Shown here: positions 48,695-57,765 of the stretch, piece after piece
How positions within the stretch are numbered: position 1 is the first letter of the stretch
Layout: each line of letters begins with the position of its first letter
NCBI GenBank assembly: GCA_002773535.1
Contig: PFAZ01000007.1
Location: 4,675-68,674 of the forward strand
Origin: Candidatus Harrisonbacteria bacterium CG10_big_fil_rev_8_21_14_0_10_40_38
Lineage (GTDB): Bacteria; Patescibacteriota; Minisyncoccia; UBA6257; 1-14-0-10-40-38
Reading direction: 5' to 3'
Length of the DNA stretch: 64,000 nucleotides
Made by a program: the position numbers and the translations under genes
Notes under the pieces: model-generated
Seen by the model: only the letters and a program-made list of their open reading frames with translations
The model's database searches: none
What the model was told of the DNA's origin: nothing

Positions 48695-49921
48695 TCAAGA
48701 TTCATCCGGCGCGCATATTGCGCATGTTTCGCAAAGCGTTTTTCCTTTTGTAAAAACTCTAAGAGCTTTTGAAAGCGGGAGTATAGAAAAAAAATATCGC
48801 AAATCAGCCGCTCTCCGGAGCCACCAACCCAAAATGCCATAAAAATGCATACCCATCCATATTGTCGCCGCCCATCCGGTCCCAACCGGTATTGCAAAGT
48901 CAGTTGGGCGGGGGATGAATTCAACTCCCTCTTGATTCTTTAGTTTCACCGATATCATTGAACCGACATATTCTCCATGGCGTATAGCTGTTTGCGCCAT
49001 TCCCGCATACATTACAGATGCCGCGTCTCCTATCACAAAAACATTATCAACATTTACCGCCTGTAGATATTCATCAACAACCACGCGTCCTTTTTTATCA
49101 AGCTGAAAGCCTTTTACATCACGATAAAGCCTGTTTGGCATAGCACCCGCAGTCCAGATAACTGTTTTTGTTTTAACGTTCATATCTTTCAGATAAAGGG
49201 TTTCAACGTCTTCTTTTATTACAGTCCTGTTACACATCACGTTCACACCCAATCTTCGAAGTCTTTGCGTGACGACTTTTGAAACAGATTCAGGAAGTAT
49301 TGGTAAAATGCGTGGCGCCTCCTCGATTAAATCAATTGTTATAAGGCTTGGGTCGAGTTTATGTTTTTTTGCAAGTATTTTTGTATATTGTGCCAGTTCA
49401 GCAGCAAGTTCTGTGCCGCTTGCTCCGCCTCCTACAAGCACTATATGTGCTGCGCACACCTTTTTATCACTTTCCTGTTTTTCACATGACTCAAACGCTT
49501 CGTGTAGATGCTGTTTTAACCGGAGCGCTTCTGTAATCGATTTAAAACCAAATGCAGATTTTTCAAGACCCGGAATATTAAAATACGCCGTCTCACTCCC
49601 TAAAGCTAAAACAAGATAGTCATACAAATACCTCGATCCAGAAGCTCCTTTTAAAGCGCTTGTAGAAAGGTGAACTTCAGAAATCTTATCAATCACAACC
49701 TCAACAGAAGTCCCGTCAAAAATATCGCGTAGCGGTATACAAACCTCAAGAGGGGATTTTCCTGTAACCACCCTGTATAAGCCCGCATAATATTCAAAAT
49801 GCGGCTTATCCGTCACAAGGGTTATTGAAGCATTAACTTTAAGCTTTGAAAGCTTAAGAGCGGTACTGACTCCTCCAAACCCGCCTCCCACGATAACAAT
49901 TCGTTTCTTTGTATCGTTCAT
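48695..49921 (-). CDS. ndh: Type II NADH dehydrogenase (NDH-2) / pyridine nucleotide-disulfide oxidoreductase
   Basis: Two GxGxxG dinucleotide folds: IVIVGGGFGGV and IVLVGGGASGTE. Confidence 0.8.
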   Translation of the reverse strand: MNDTKKRIVIVGGGFGGVSTALKLSKLKVNASITLVTDKPHFEYYAGLYRVVTGKSPLEVCIPLRDIFDGTSVEVVIDKISEVHLSTSALKGASGSRYLYDYLVLALGSETAYFNIPGLEKSAFGFKSITEALRLKQHLHEAFESCEKQESDKKVCAAHIVLVGGGASGTELAAELAQYTKILAKKHKLDPSLITIDLIEEAPRILPILPESVSKVVTQRLRRLGVNVMCNRTVIKEDVETLYLKDMNVKTKTVIWTAGAMPNRLYRDVKGFQLDKKGRVVVDEYLQAVNVDNVFVIGDAASVMYAGMAQTAIRHGEYVGSMISVKLKNQEGVEFIPRPTDFAIPVGTGWAATIWMGMHFYGILGWWLRRAADLRYFFSILPLSKALRVFTKGKTLCETCAICAPDES

Positions 49922-49933
49922 AAAATCTTTCCT

Positions 49934-50650
49934 CTAAACAATCCAACTATAAGCAAAAACCGTTCCGATAACAAACAACGCAAGAAGAATTATTCTCGAA
50001 AAAATATTTTTTGGTATCCTATCAACAAGTTTTTTTGCAACTGCCACCCCTATAAACGCGACAAAAAATAAAAATATTATGAGGGGATAATATTCAGAGC
50101 TCAAAAACCCTTGGCTCAAATACGCCGGTATTCTTATCATATCCACACCTATTCCTATCGCTGCAGCCGTAGTAATATATCTGCTCTTGGAAAGATTATA
50201 TCCATTTAAAAACGCTCCGCGAAGTGCTCCGCCTGTTCCAATTAAACCTGCTAAAAATCCCGAAACGGATCCTCCGATAACAGATGCGGTGTTTGTTGGA
50301 TGATATTTTTTATTTGAAAACAAAGACCATACGCTCCAGAAAACAAGAAAAATCCCCAAAATTACCTTAAGCATCTCTTGAGATACCGAAGACACAAATG
50401 ACGCGCCAACATAACTCATAATGACACTCGGCAGACCAAAAACAAAAACTATTTTCCAGTCGAGTCCATGCCTAAAAAAACCTATTCGCGTTATTCCCCC
50501 GAAAACATGAAATATCGCAACAAGAGTAAGAGCTAGGGGAAAATTAAAATAAATTAATGCAAAAGGTAAAAGTATCGTCGATGATCCAAATCCCGCTATC
50601 GTTCCGATCACCTCGGCGAAGAAAGCCGAAAGAAGAAAATAAAATGTCAT
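49934..50650 (-). CDS. TauE/SafE-family sulfite/anion exporter
   Basis: GTIAGFGSSTILLP plus a repeated 4-TM architecture. Confidence 0.65.
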   Translation of the reverse strand: MTFYFLLSAFFAEVIGTIAGFGSSTILLPFALIYFNFPLALTLVAIFHVFGGITRIGFFRHGLDWKIVFVFGLPSVIMSYVGASFVSSVSQEMLKVILGIFLVFWSVWSLFSNKKYHPTNTASVIGGSVSGFLAGLIGTGGALRGAFLNGYNLSKSRYITTAAAIGIGVDMIRIPAYLSQGFLSSEYYPLIIFLFFVAFIGVAVAKKLVDRIPKNIFSRIILLALFVIGTVFAYSWIV

Positions 50651-50672
50651 AATGCTTTTTCAAGTATACCCC

Positions 50673-50711
50673 AAAAAAAAGTGCCCGTGCGCGCAAATGC
50701 GCGCGACGGGC
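50673..50711 (-). terminator. Strong rho-independent terminator on the minus strand
   Basis: Minus strand reads GCCCGTCGCGCGC-attt-GCGCGCACGGGC followed by a T8 run. Confidence 0.55.
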
Positions 50712-50854
50712 TGTGTCTGTCCGAAGTTGATGCTTCAGTATCAACTCGGTGGCGTCATTCAACACTCCTTTGGGTTGGAGTTATCAGAAAACACCCATAA
50801 GACACTGAAAAGATCATAATCTTTTCAGTAAAACTTTGCAATACCCAAAACAAC

Positions 50855-51246
50855 CTACAGTGCAGCCTCCATCACCGGTCCCATAAATCCTATATAAAAC
50901 AAATATATTCCAACTGCTAAAGTAATCAAAAGAAGGGGATATACCACAACCGGCTTCCTAAACGGCTTTATAAATTTTTGCGGAAACTCCGGAAAGAAGA
51001 TCCGAATAGCCCCCTTTAAAAAAGTCATCCAACCAAGAATAGTTATAATCACTCTCCAGTCACCGGGCCACCCTGGGTGAATTAATACAAAAAATGTGCC
51101 TAACCCCACGAGCACTGCACCTGAGATATAAACAAAAGCTTTATTCTTAACAGAATCAAAAAGCAAATCAATATTTTTTGGCCTAAGTAAAAGCGAAAGC
51201 GCTATCGATGTAAGATACACCCCCCATATCTTTGCCAAAAAAAATG
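50855..51246 (-). CDS. Hypothetical membrane protein
   Basis: Trimmed to MAVSFFLAKIW. The track's longer 50855-51496 form overlaps the next gene by about 195 nt. Confidence 0.35.
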
Positions 51247-51301
51247 AAACAGCCATTAAAGAAATTATAACACAAAAAAAGTTGACACAAGTGCAAATCT
51301 C

Positions 51302-51775
51302 TTGATAAATTGCCAAAAAGCCCCGAACCTTCCAAAAACACAAAAGGACAAGAAAGTGAACGACATTAGATTTTTTGAAGTAGACGTAGAAGCCAACCGG
51401 ACCCCATTTTTTTTCAGTCACCAAATCAGTCTCAATGATATTTCCGAAAGGTTTTCTCATGTGATATCCGTAAACCCGAAAAAAGAGGCAGTTCAAGCAA
51501 AAATCTATTTTGGAAATTTTATTGAAATAGAAAGCGCGAGAGATGAAATAGTTATTGTATACGGGAATCCAAATCGTACATTATTCAAAATGAGATACAA
51601 AAAAAGAGGGAAGATAGAATATCCTTCAAAGCATCTCAAAAATGGATATATTTTTTTTGCGCCAAAAGAGTTTGTGTATGCGCTAAGACCCTTAACTCCT
51701 CAATGTCACGCAATTATTTTTACGGAATCAAATTTATTCGTACCCAGATTTAGTAAGAGACTCGAGGATTTCTAA
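51302..51775 (+). CDS. Hypothetical protein
   Basis: ORF only. Its stop overlaps the start of the next gene. Confidence 0.3.
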   Translation: MINCQKAPNLPKTQKDKKVNDIRFFEVDVEANRTPFFFSHQISLNDISERFSHVISVNPKKEAVQAKIYFGNFIEIESARDEIVIVYGNPNRTLFKMRYKKRGKIEYPSKHLKNGYIFFAPKEFVYALRPLTPQCHAIIFTESNLFVPRFSKRLEDF

Positions 51776-52209
51776 TGATTGCGGGCATGACAAAAAAGCC
51801 CTCCGCAAATGTGTGGAGGGTATTTTCTTTTACCTGTGATAAAATTAAACACATGATCAAATCCCCAAAAGTTAAAAAATCAGTTTTCTGGATTACACAA
51901 GGCATCGTCATCGCTGTCTTTCTCATGGAGGGGATAACAAAAATTTTTGGACTGGATTTTCAAATACAAAACTTTATTCGTTGGGGCTATCCATCTTGGT
52001 TTGTTTATATAATAGGGTTTATCGAAACTCTTTCCGCAATTTTGCTTCTAACAAAATATAGAAACATTGCCGTAACATCACTTCTGACAGTTATGGCAGG
52101 CGCAATCTTCACTCATGTTTCAAATGGTGAACCTCAAATGATGGGCCTCGCTATACTCATGATACTTTTTCTAATAATAAGTTCTCGCATCAAGAGAGCC
52201 GCTCAATAA
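51775..52209 (+). CDS. DoxX-like membrane protein
   Basis: 4 TM helices, with a WGYPSWFVYIIGFIE block. Confidence 0.45.
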   Translation: MIAGMTKKPSANVWRVFSFTCDKIKHMIKSPKVKKSVFWITQGIVIAVFLMEGITKIFGLDFQIQNFIRWGYPSWFVYIIGFIETLSAILLLTKYRNIAVTSLLTVMAGAIFTHVSNGEPQMMGLAILMILFLIISSRIKRAAQ

Positions 52210-52215
52210 AAAGTT

Positions 52216-53393
52216 TTAAGAAGCAATAGCAGGTTTCCACCGCTTTGCCAGAAAACTCAAAAGCAAAGGCACAAAGAATTTAAATATCACAGAAGTTCCT
52301 ATGAGTAGGGAATAGAGTTCAATCGGAACCAGATTCGCATCATGAAGAAGTTTTAATATAACAATGCTTGTAGAAAATCTTACTCCAAGAGCCACTCCCA
52401 TAAAAATCGATTTCTTCGTTCCTAAAACTTTCGATCCTACAAAATAACTTGCAGCAACCTTCGCAATCTTCGCCGCAATAATAAACAAAAGAACCAAAAA
52501 GATATGAGACAAGAGATATTTTGAATTTGTCTCAAAACCGACATCAAAAAAGAAAATTGGCGCAAAAAAGCTATAAGTTATTGCCTGCACATGTTGGCCT
52601 ATTATAGGCGTTCTTGCAGCCGGTAAAACCGCTCTTACTAAAACCCCTGCCGCTATAGCGCCAATAACAGCTATATCGAGAGAACTATGAAGTCCAAAAC
52701 TTATAAAAACAAAGAAAACTCCAAAAATGAGCGCAAGAATACTTGTCCTGTGCGGTTCATGCGCCGAAGTTGTAGCTCGAAATTTTTTCAAAATAACCAA
52801 AAGCAATGCAACTATACCCCCAAATATTCCAAGTCTCACAACGTCAAATAAATCTGCAGAAATATTTACAGAACCCAAAGTTGGGATTATCGTCACCACT
52901 GCAAAAACCACAAAAAGTTCGATTATGTCATCAAATGTCGCAATACCCAATATTATCTGCCCAAACTTTTTTTAGTAAGACGAAACTCCTCAAGTATCGG
53001 CAGGAGGATTGCCTCACCAACAGTTGCAAACGAAAGCGCAACAAGTATAGAAATCAAAATCGGTATCTTAAAAATAAAGTAGATTAAACTTCCTATCACC
53101 AGAACTTCAGCGATCTCTATTATTAAAGTCGCTTTAACAATGAATTTTCCAGAAGATTTAATCTTCCCCAAGTCCAGAGAAAATCCAATTATAAAAAGAA
53201 GCAGATACAGGCCTATCGTTTTCAAAAAATCAAACGTATCAGTATTTACAATTTGGGCCAAAAAAGAATTCCCCGATAAAAATAAGCCGATCAAAAGAGA
53301 TGCAAAAAGCCACGGCACTCTAAATGTTTCAAGCGCTAATCCAAGAATAAAAGTTCCAATAAATAAAAAACCTAAAAAAAGGGGAATAGACAT
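52216..53393 (-). pseudogene. Cation:proton antiporter (CPA/NhaP-Kef-like) split into two ORFs by a -1 frameshift at an A7 homopolymer
   Basis: ORF 52953-53393 encodes the N-terminal 4 TM helices and ends ...EEFRLTKKSLGR*. ORF 52216-52950 continues 2 nt later with LGIATFDDIIELF. Adding one A to the aaaaaaa tract gives the continuous reading ...RLTKKKFGQIILGIATFDD.... Confidence 0.5.
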
Positions 53394-53421
53394 ATAGCTT
53401 ACAAAAACTTAAACGCGCTCT

Positions 53422-53631
53422 TTAAAGCGCGTTTAAGTCTTCGTCAATTGCCTGAAATTCGATGTCTAAATCAGCTCCAAGATCAACAGAATCGAGTTCG
53501 TTCATTATTTCGTCCTCCTGTGTTGAATCTGGTTGAGTGTCATTATTATCTGCCGGTGAAGACAGCAATATCCATGCTCCCAAAATAACAGCAATAACGA
53601 TTATTAGAATTAAGAATGATTTGCTTTTCAT
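53422..53631 (-). CDS. Small secreted acidic protein, hypothetical
   Basis: Signal/anchor helix, then a DE-rich tail. Confidence 0.3.
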   Translation of the reverse strand: MKSKSFLILIIVIAVILGAWILLSSPADNNDTQPDSTQEDEIMNELDSVDLGADLDIEFQAIDEDLNAL

Positions 53632-53643
53632 GGAATAGAGTTA

Positions 53644-54279
53644 TTAATTATCTGATTCCATCTCCGAAGATGGTCGTGGTAATTGAGCCAGCGTCACGGC
53701 AGCTGTTCTTACCGCCTGCATCGCTGCCCTTACTTGATCGCGCACCGCCTGTAAATCGGTTCGCAATTTATTGCGCGCGACCCCAACATCAGAACGAAGA
53801 TTTGCCTCTGTTGTTATAGCAAATTCATACGTTTTACCAGCTTGTGTGACAACAGAAGTTCTAGCCGTCTCAATTGCGGTTTTTGCCGCGTCTACCTGAG
53901 AAGTAACTGACGACACATCAACTCCGCTATCAGAAACTTTTTGAGCTCTCTCTGTTACACGATCGAGTATGAGGGAGATATTATCCAAAACATCAAGATA
54001 ATGTTTTGTGAGTCTCTCATTAAGCTGGTTTATACTGTCATAAACCCTATCAAGTATCTCCTTCTTTTTAGTATCTCTAATCACAGCTACATCCTTTTTC
54101 AATTCTGCCTGTTTCGCCTGAAACCTTTCTCTTGCTCCCACTTTTGCCTCTTCAAACCTCTTTCTCGCAGCTTCCATGGCTTCTTTTGTTGGTTGTGATG
54201 CCTGCATCGGTGCTTCCGTTTGAGCAAAGGCAGGAAAAGCGATAAATAAAGTCAAAAGCGCAATTAACAAAATTCTCAT
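53644..54279 (-). CDS. Hypothetical secreted coiled-coil protein
   Basis: Signal peptide MRILLIALLTLFIAFPAFA. Confidence 0.4.
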   Translation of the reverse strand: MRILLIALLTLFIAFPAFAQTEAPMQASQPTKEAMEAARKRFEEAKVGARERFQAKQAELKKDVAVIRDTKKKEILDRVYDSINQLNERLTKHYLDVLDNISLILDRVTERAQKVSDSGVDVSSVTSQVDAAKTAIETARTSVVTQAGKTYEFAITTEANLRSDVGVARNKLRTDLQAVRDQVRAAMQAVRTAAVTLAQLPRPSSEMESDN

Positions 54280-54708
54280 AAATTTCTCAATGCTATTAGT
54301 TTTTAATTTAAAAGACCTTTACCTAAGACTATAACATAATAAGAAAAGTTAAAGTCGTCATTTTGCACAATTTACACAATGAAAAAGCGCGGCCACCATA
54401 GCCGCGCAACACATCAAAACACTCATCTTCTATTATTTCTTACATTGATTATGGAAACATCGTCAATCGGCACGCAAATAACCTTCTTTCTTTTATCTCC
54501 ATCTTTCCGTATAGGCATACACCCACTTGGAACCTTATTTCGTTCACGTGCCAATACAATAGCCAGATTCCCCTTACAAAAGACATAATCACCCGCCTTA
54601 AAAAATCCCCACTCCGAAACCTTCTTGTCGGAGCTCATTATACATGCCTCCAAATCTAAAAAGAACAGAAATTTCTAGATAAATAATAACTCTCTAAAAA
54701 ATGATCGG

Positions 54709-55113
54709 TCAAGAAAAGGGGATTATGGTTCCAGAAAAAACCGATCCATCAAAAAAAGATTGATCAAACCCACCGGTAAATCCTCCAAATAATACGAAAA
54801 GAAAAAGAGCCAACACAAATATCATTATAAGAAAACCTATTAAATTTCCAAGAAACCCTCTTCCGGAAAACATCGACAGCCCTGCAACTATTATCAAAAA
54901 CGGCCAAAGATCTCCGATTTCAACCGAAAAATCATTTGGCAAGAATCCAAAATTACGCCCCAAGAGCAAAAGCCCGATCGTTACAATCGCAAGTCCTAAA
55001 AAAATCTTTCCAAAATTCGTACTATCTTTACTGTAATGATGATGGATCTCCTTTACTATCTTTTCCTCGTGGTTATGACCGGCGTTATTTTTTTCCTCTG
55101 TTTCGTGGTTCAT
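54709..55113 (-). CDS. Hypothetical membrane protein with His-rich N-terminus
   Basis: HNHEEKIVKEIHHHY, then 3 TM helices. Overlaps the PspC gene by 4 nt. Confidence 0.35.
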   Translation of the reverse strand: MNHETEEKNNAGHNHEEKIVKEIHHHYSKDSTNFGKIFLGLAIVTIGLLLLGRNFGFLPNDFSVEIGDLWPFLIIVAGLSMFSGRGFLGNLIGFLIMIFVLALFLFVLFGGFTGGFDQSFFDGSVFSGTIIPFS

Positions 55114-55553
55114 TTATTTTTTTTAAAAATTAACCAGATTCCAAATATGATTACGAGAGATGGAAATATTACATCAAATTTAAACCAGTGCAAATCAAAC
55201 GCATCCCTAAAGAGTAGAAGAATCCCAATAATCACAAAAACAAGACCGATGGTATTCCGTCTCTCGATTTTTGGGTTTAGAGCTTCTTTTATATCAGACG
55301 CAAATTCACTCGCATGCCCCTTTGCGTCGTGTTCTCCGGTGGTCTCAGTAAGTTTTTCGCTAGGCATAATTATCGCGAGTATGAGGTAAAGCAAAACCCC
55401 AACTCCATCCAAAATTGCCAAAAGAACAAAAGCGGCTCTTATCAAAACCGGATCAATATCAAAATATTCGGCGACCCCCCCTGCCACTCCAAAAATTATC
55501 TTTTTATCTCGTGATCTGCAAAGTTTCTTTTGCTTATTTTCCATACGCCGCAA
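55110..55553 (-). CDS. PspC-domain membrane protein
   Basis: LCRSRDKKIIFGVAGGVAEYFDIDPVLIRAAFVLLAIL, the PspC signature. Confidence 0.6.
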   Translation of the reverse strand: MRRMENKQKKLCRSRDKKIIFGVAGGVAEYFDIDPVLIRAAFVLLAILDGVGVLLYLILAIIMPSEKLTETTGEHDAKGHASEFASDIKEALNPKIERRNTIGLVFVIIGILLLFRDAFDLHWFKFDVIFPSLVIIFGIWLIFKKNK

Positions 55554-55580
55554 CTATACGCCGACAAATAAAAATAGTCA

Positions 55581-55608
55581 AAAAAGCAACCCCGCTTTGC
55601 GGGGTTGG
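55581..55608 (-). terminator. Hairpin terminator (aaCCCCGC-ttt-GCGGGGtt) after the lipoprotein gene
   Basis: On the minus strand the stem is followed by ttttttgac. Confidence 0.45.
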
Positions 55609-55621
55609 TATGTGTTGCTCC

Positions 55622-56245
55622 TCATTCGTACCATTTTTCATCACCATATGGCCCAATATAGCTAGAGTATTCATCTCCTTCAAGGTATTCATCAAATCCA
55701 TGACGACTAACCTCCATCATACTCAACTTGCCTTCGGTATCAAAATTGACAAGAAGGTTGTCGGTGCACCAAAAATCCATATCGTCCTGAGGCTGTGGGT
55801 TATTCTTGTGTATAGTATTTACTAGATGTCTTGCTTCAGGATATGCATCTAGAAAATCATTAAGTAAGTCTCCGAGCATGATTCCCGTATCAGTCATTCC
55901 CATCCACGGCTTTCGAACCGCTATTGTGAAAAGATTGCCAAATCCCACTGCCCAAACACTATCATTACAACCAATATACTGGAACGTATCTCCCCAACCA
56001 CCAACATGACCTTCGTAAAAGTATGTCCCAAATCTCTCATCGGGATTTGCTTTTCTTGCGCAAAGTTGAACTTCGGCCAGACCAAGCTCGCATCCATCAT
56101 CACCAAGTGTAAGTAGTGTAGTGTCATTTTCACATCTAAAGTAAATTCCCCCCTTATGACTCGTCCTCCATTGCTCTGGCGGCCGATCGCATCCCAGAAA
56201 AAAACCAACAGAAAACAAAAACACAAAAAGCTTGCTGTGTTTCAT
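55622..56245 (-). CDS. Hypothetical lipoprotein
   Basis: MKHSKLFVFLFSVGFFLGC lipobox. Start trimmed from the track's 56272. Confidence 0.4.
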   Translation of the reverse strand: MKHSKLFVFLFSVGFFLGCDRPPEQWRTSHKGGIYFRCENDTTLLTLGDDGCELGLAEVQLCARKANPDERFGTYFYEGHVGGWGDTFQYIGCNDSVWAVGFGNLFTIAVRKPWMGMTDTGIMLGDLLNDFLDAYPEARHLVNTIHKNNPQPQDDMDFWCTDNLLVNFDTEGKLSMMEVSRHGFDEYLEGDEYSSYIGPYGDEKWYE

Positions 56246-56322
56246 GGCTTGTCTCCAAAAAAGTTGTGTCAAAGATCCTACTTTTAATAAAACAAACCTA
56301 TATTAAAAAAGTTTCAAAAAAA

Positions 56323-56350
56323 ACAACCCCGCAGAGCGGGGTTGTTTTTT
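56323..56350. terminator. Bidirectional hairpin terminator (aacaaCCCCGC-aga-GCGGGGttgtttttt)
   Basis: Perfect 8-bp G/C stem flanked by an A-run and a T-run. Confidence 0.5.
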
Positions 56351-56355
56351 AAAGA

Positions 56356-56532
56356 CTACATTGAGCCTGTTGGTGCGCCACCCGTGTTTTGATCCGGAGC
56401 CGCTGGTTGCTGAGGTGCTTCCGGCTGCTGCGGTTCTCCTGTTGGAGGAGTCGACGGTGTTTGTGGCATCTGACCTGGCATTCCTGGCTGTGTGCCTTCC
56501 TGACCAGGCATTGGTGTTGTTGGATTATCCAT
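56356..56532 (-). CDS. Putative Pro/Gln-rich low-complexity microprotein
   Basis: MDNPTTPMPGQEGTQPGMPGQMPQTPSTPPTGEPQQPEAPQQP... in a locally GC-rich stretch. Could be non-coding. Confidence 0.2.
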   Translation of the reverse strand: MDNPTTPMPGQEGTQPGMPGQMPQTPSTPPTGEPQQPEAPQQPAAPDQNTGGAPTGSM

Positions 56533-56724
56533 AAAATGTAAATACAAAATTCTGTTGCACCGACCTTTTAACTATTTTCAATTCTTCAGGTTATCAATTA
56601 TTGATTGGCAGATTTCCTCACTCAAAAAAGAAGTTGAGTCCACTACCTATTGGAAAGTTCTGGCCGCCCCGGAGAATATCCAACACGACCGTATAAAGAT
56701 AATATAGGATTAAATCACAAAAGT

Positions 56725-57486
56725 CTACCCCTCATTATCTTTTTTGTGTGTAAATCCAGCAAAAGACTTTATTATTTCAAGCGGAACAGTAAATACGATT
56801 GTATTTGATTGATCCGAGGAAATATCATTTATCGACTGAAGAGTTCTCAAGTGAAGAGCTCCATCAGAAGAAGAAAGGATTTTTGCGGCTTCTGCCATAT
56901 TTTGGGCTGCTGCTAATTCTCCTTCAGAAGTGATTATAACCGCTCGTTTTTCCCGTTCAGCCTCTGCTTGCTTCGCAATTGTTCGTTCCATGTTTTCAGG
57001 CAACCGAATGTCTTTCAATTCTACATTTTGTACCTTGAGTCCCCACGCATCAGTTTCTTTATCCACAATTTCTCGTATGCGTTCTGCTATAGTCTCACGA
57101 CCACTCAAAAGTTCATCAAGCGTCACTTCTCCAACGATGTTCCTCATCGTTGTTTGAGCATATTGAGATATTGCATAAAAGAAATTTTCAACTTCTATAA
57201 TCGCTTTTTCGGCAGACGATACCTTGTAGTAAATTACGGCATTCACCGTTACTGAAACATTGTCTTTAGTGATTGCATTCTGATCAGGAACATCAACAGC
57301 CTTTACTCTCATATCGACTTTTTTATAAGTCTGAAAAACAGGAATCACCAGTCGCCACCCGGGATTCATGATTCCTGTGTACTTTCCTAACGTAAATCTG
57401 ACACCGCGCTCATATTGATTAATCTGTCTTATACTCACGATAATCAATAAGAAAAGAGCTATTAAAATATAATTAAGTGTACCCAT
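56725..57486 (-). CDS. SPFH/band-7 (stomatin/prohibitin-like) membrane protein
   Basis: N-terminal TM helix, then INQYERGVRFTLGKYTGIMNPGWRLVIPVFQ and an EAERE coiled-coil. Confidence 0.75.
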   Translation of the reverse strand: MGTLNYILIALFLLIIVSIRQINQYERGVRFTLGKYTGIMNPGWRLVIPVFQTYKKVDMRVKAVDVPDQNAITKDNVSVTVNAVIYYKVSSAEKAIIEVENFFYAISQYAQTTMRNIVGEVTLDELLSGRETIAERIREIVDKETDAWGLKVQNVELKDIRLPENMERTIAKQAEAEREKRAVIITSEGELAAAQNMAEAAKILSSSDGALHLRTLQSINDISSDQSNTIVFTVPLEIIKSFAGFTHKKDNEG

Positions 57487-57550
57487 AATTTTATTTATAA
57501 AAGCGGTGACTAGGCGCTATACTTATAGAGTATAGAACAAATAAAAACTC

Positions 57551-57733
57551 ATGCCAGCGAAATCAAAAATTCAACAAATGGCAGCAGGCGCCGCGCTTTC
57601 AGCTAAAAGGGAAGAGATAGACCCTAAAAAACTCAAGGGCGCTTCGAAAGAAATGTATAAATCAATGAGTGAGAGCAAACTCCGTGAATTCGCCGCGACA
57701 AAAAGAAGGAAACTCCCGAAAAAGAAAAAGTAA
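57551..57733 (+). CDS. Small basic conserved-looking protein (60 aa)
   Basis: MPAKSKIQQMAAGAALSAKRE...KGASKEMYKSMSESKLREFAATKRRK. Confidence 0.3.
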   Translation: MPAKSKIQQMAAGAALSAKREEIDPKKLKGASKEMYKSMSESKLREFAATKRRKLPKKKK

Positions 57734-57765
57734 ATCGTCAGTCGTCAGTCGTAAGTTTTCAGTTG

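Noticed and set aside
48511-48924. ORF 48511-48924 (137 aa, minus strand)
   Set aside because: It overlaps both the 48324-48629 ORF and the 3' end of the ndh gene in another frame, and its Arg-rich translation is typical of a GC-region artefact.
50855-51496. Long form (213 aa) of the minus-strand membrane protein
   Set aside because: Its first ~80 aa overlap the convergent ORF 51302-51775 and are non-hydrophobic junk. It was trimmed to the internal Met at 51246.
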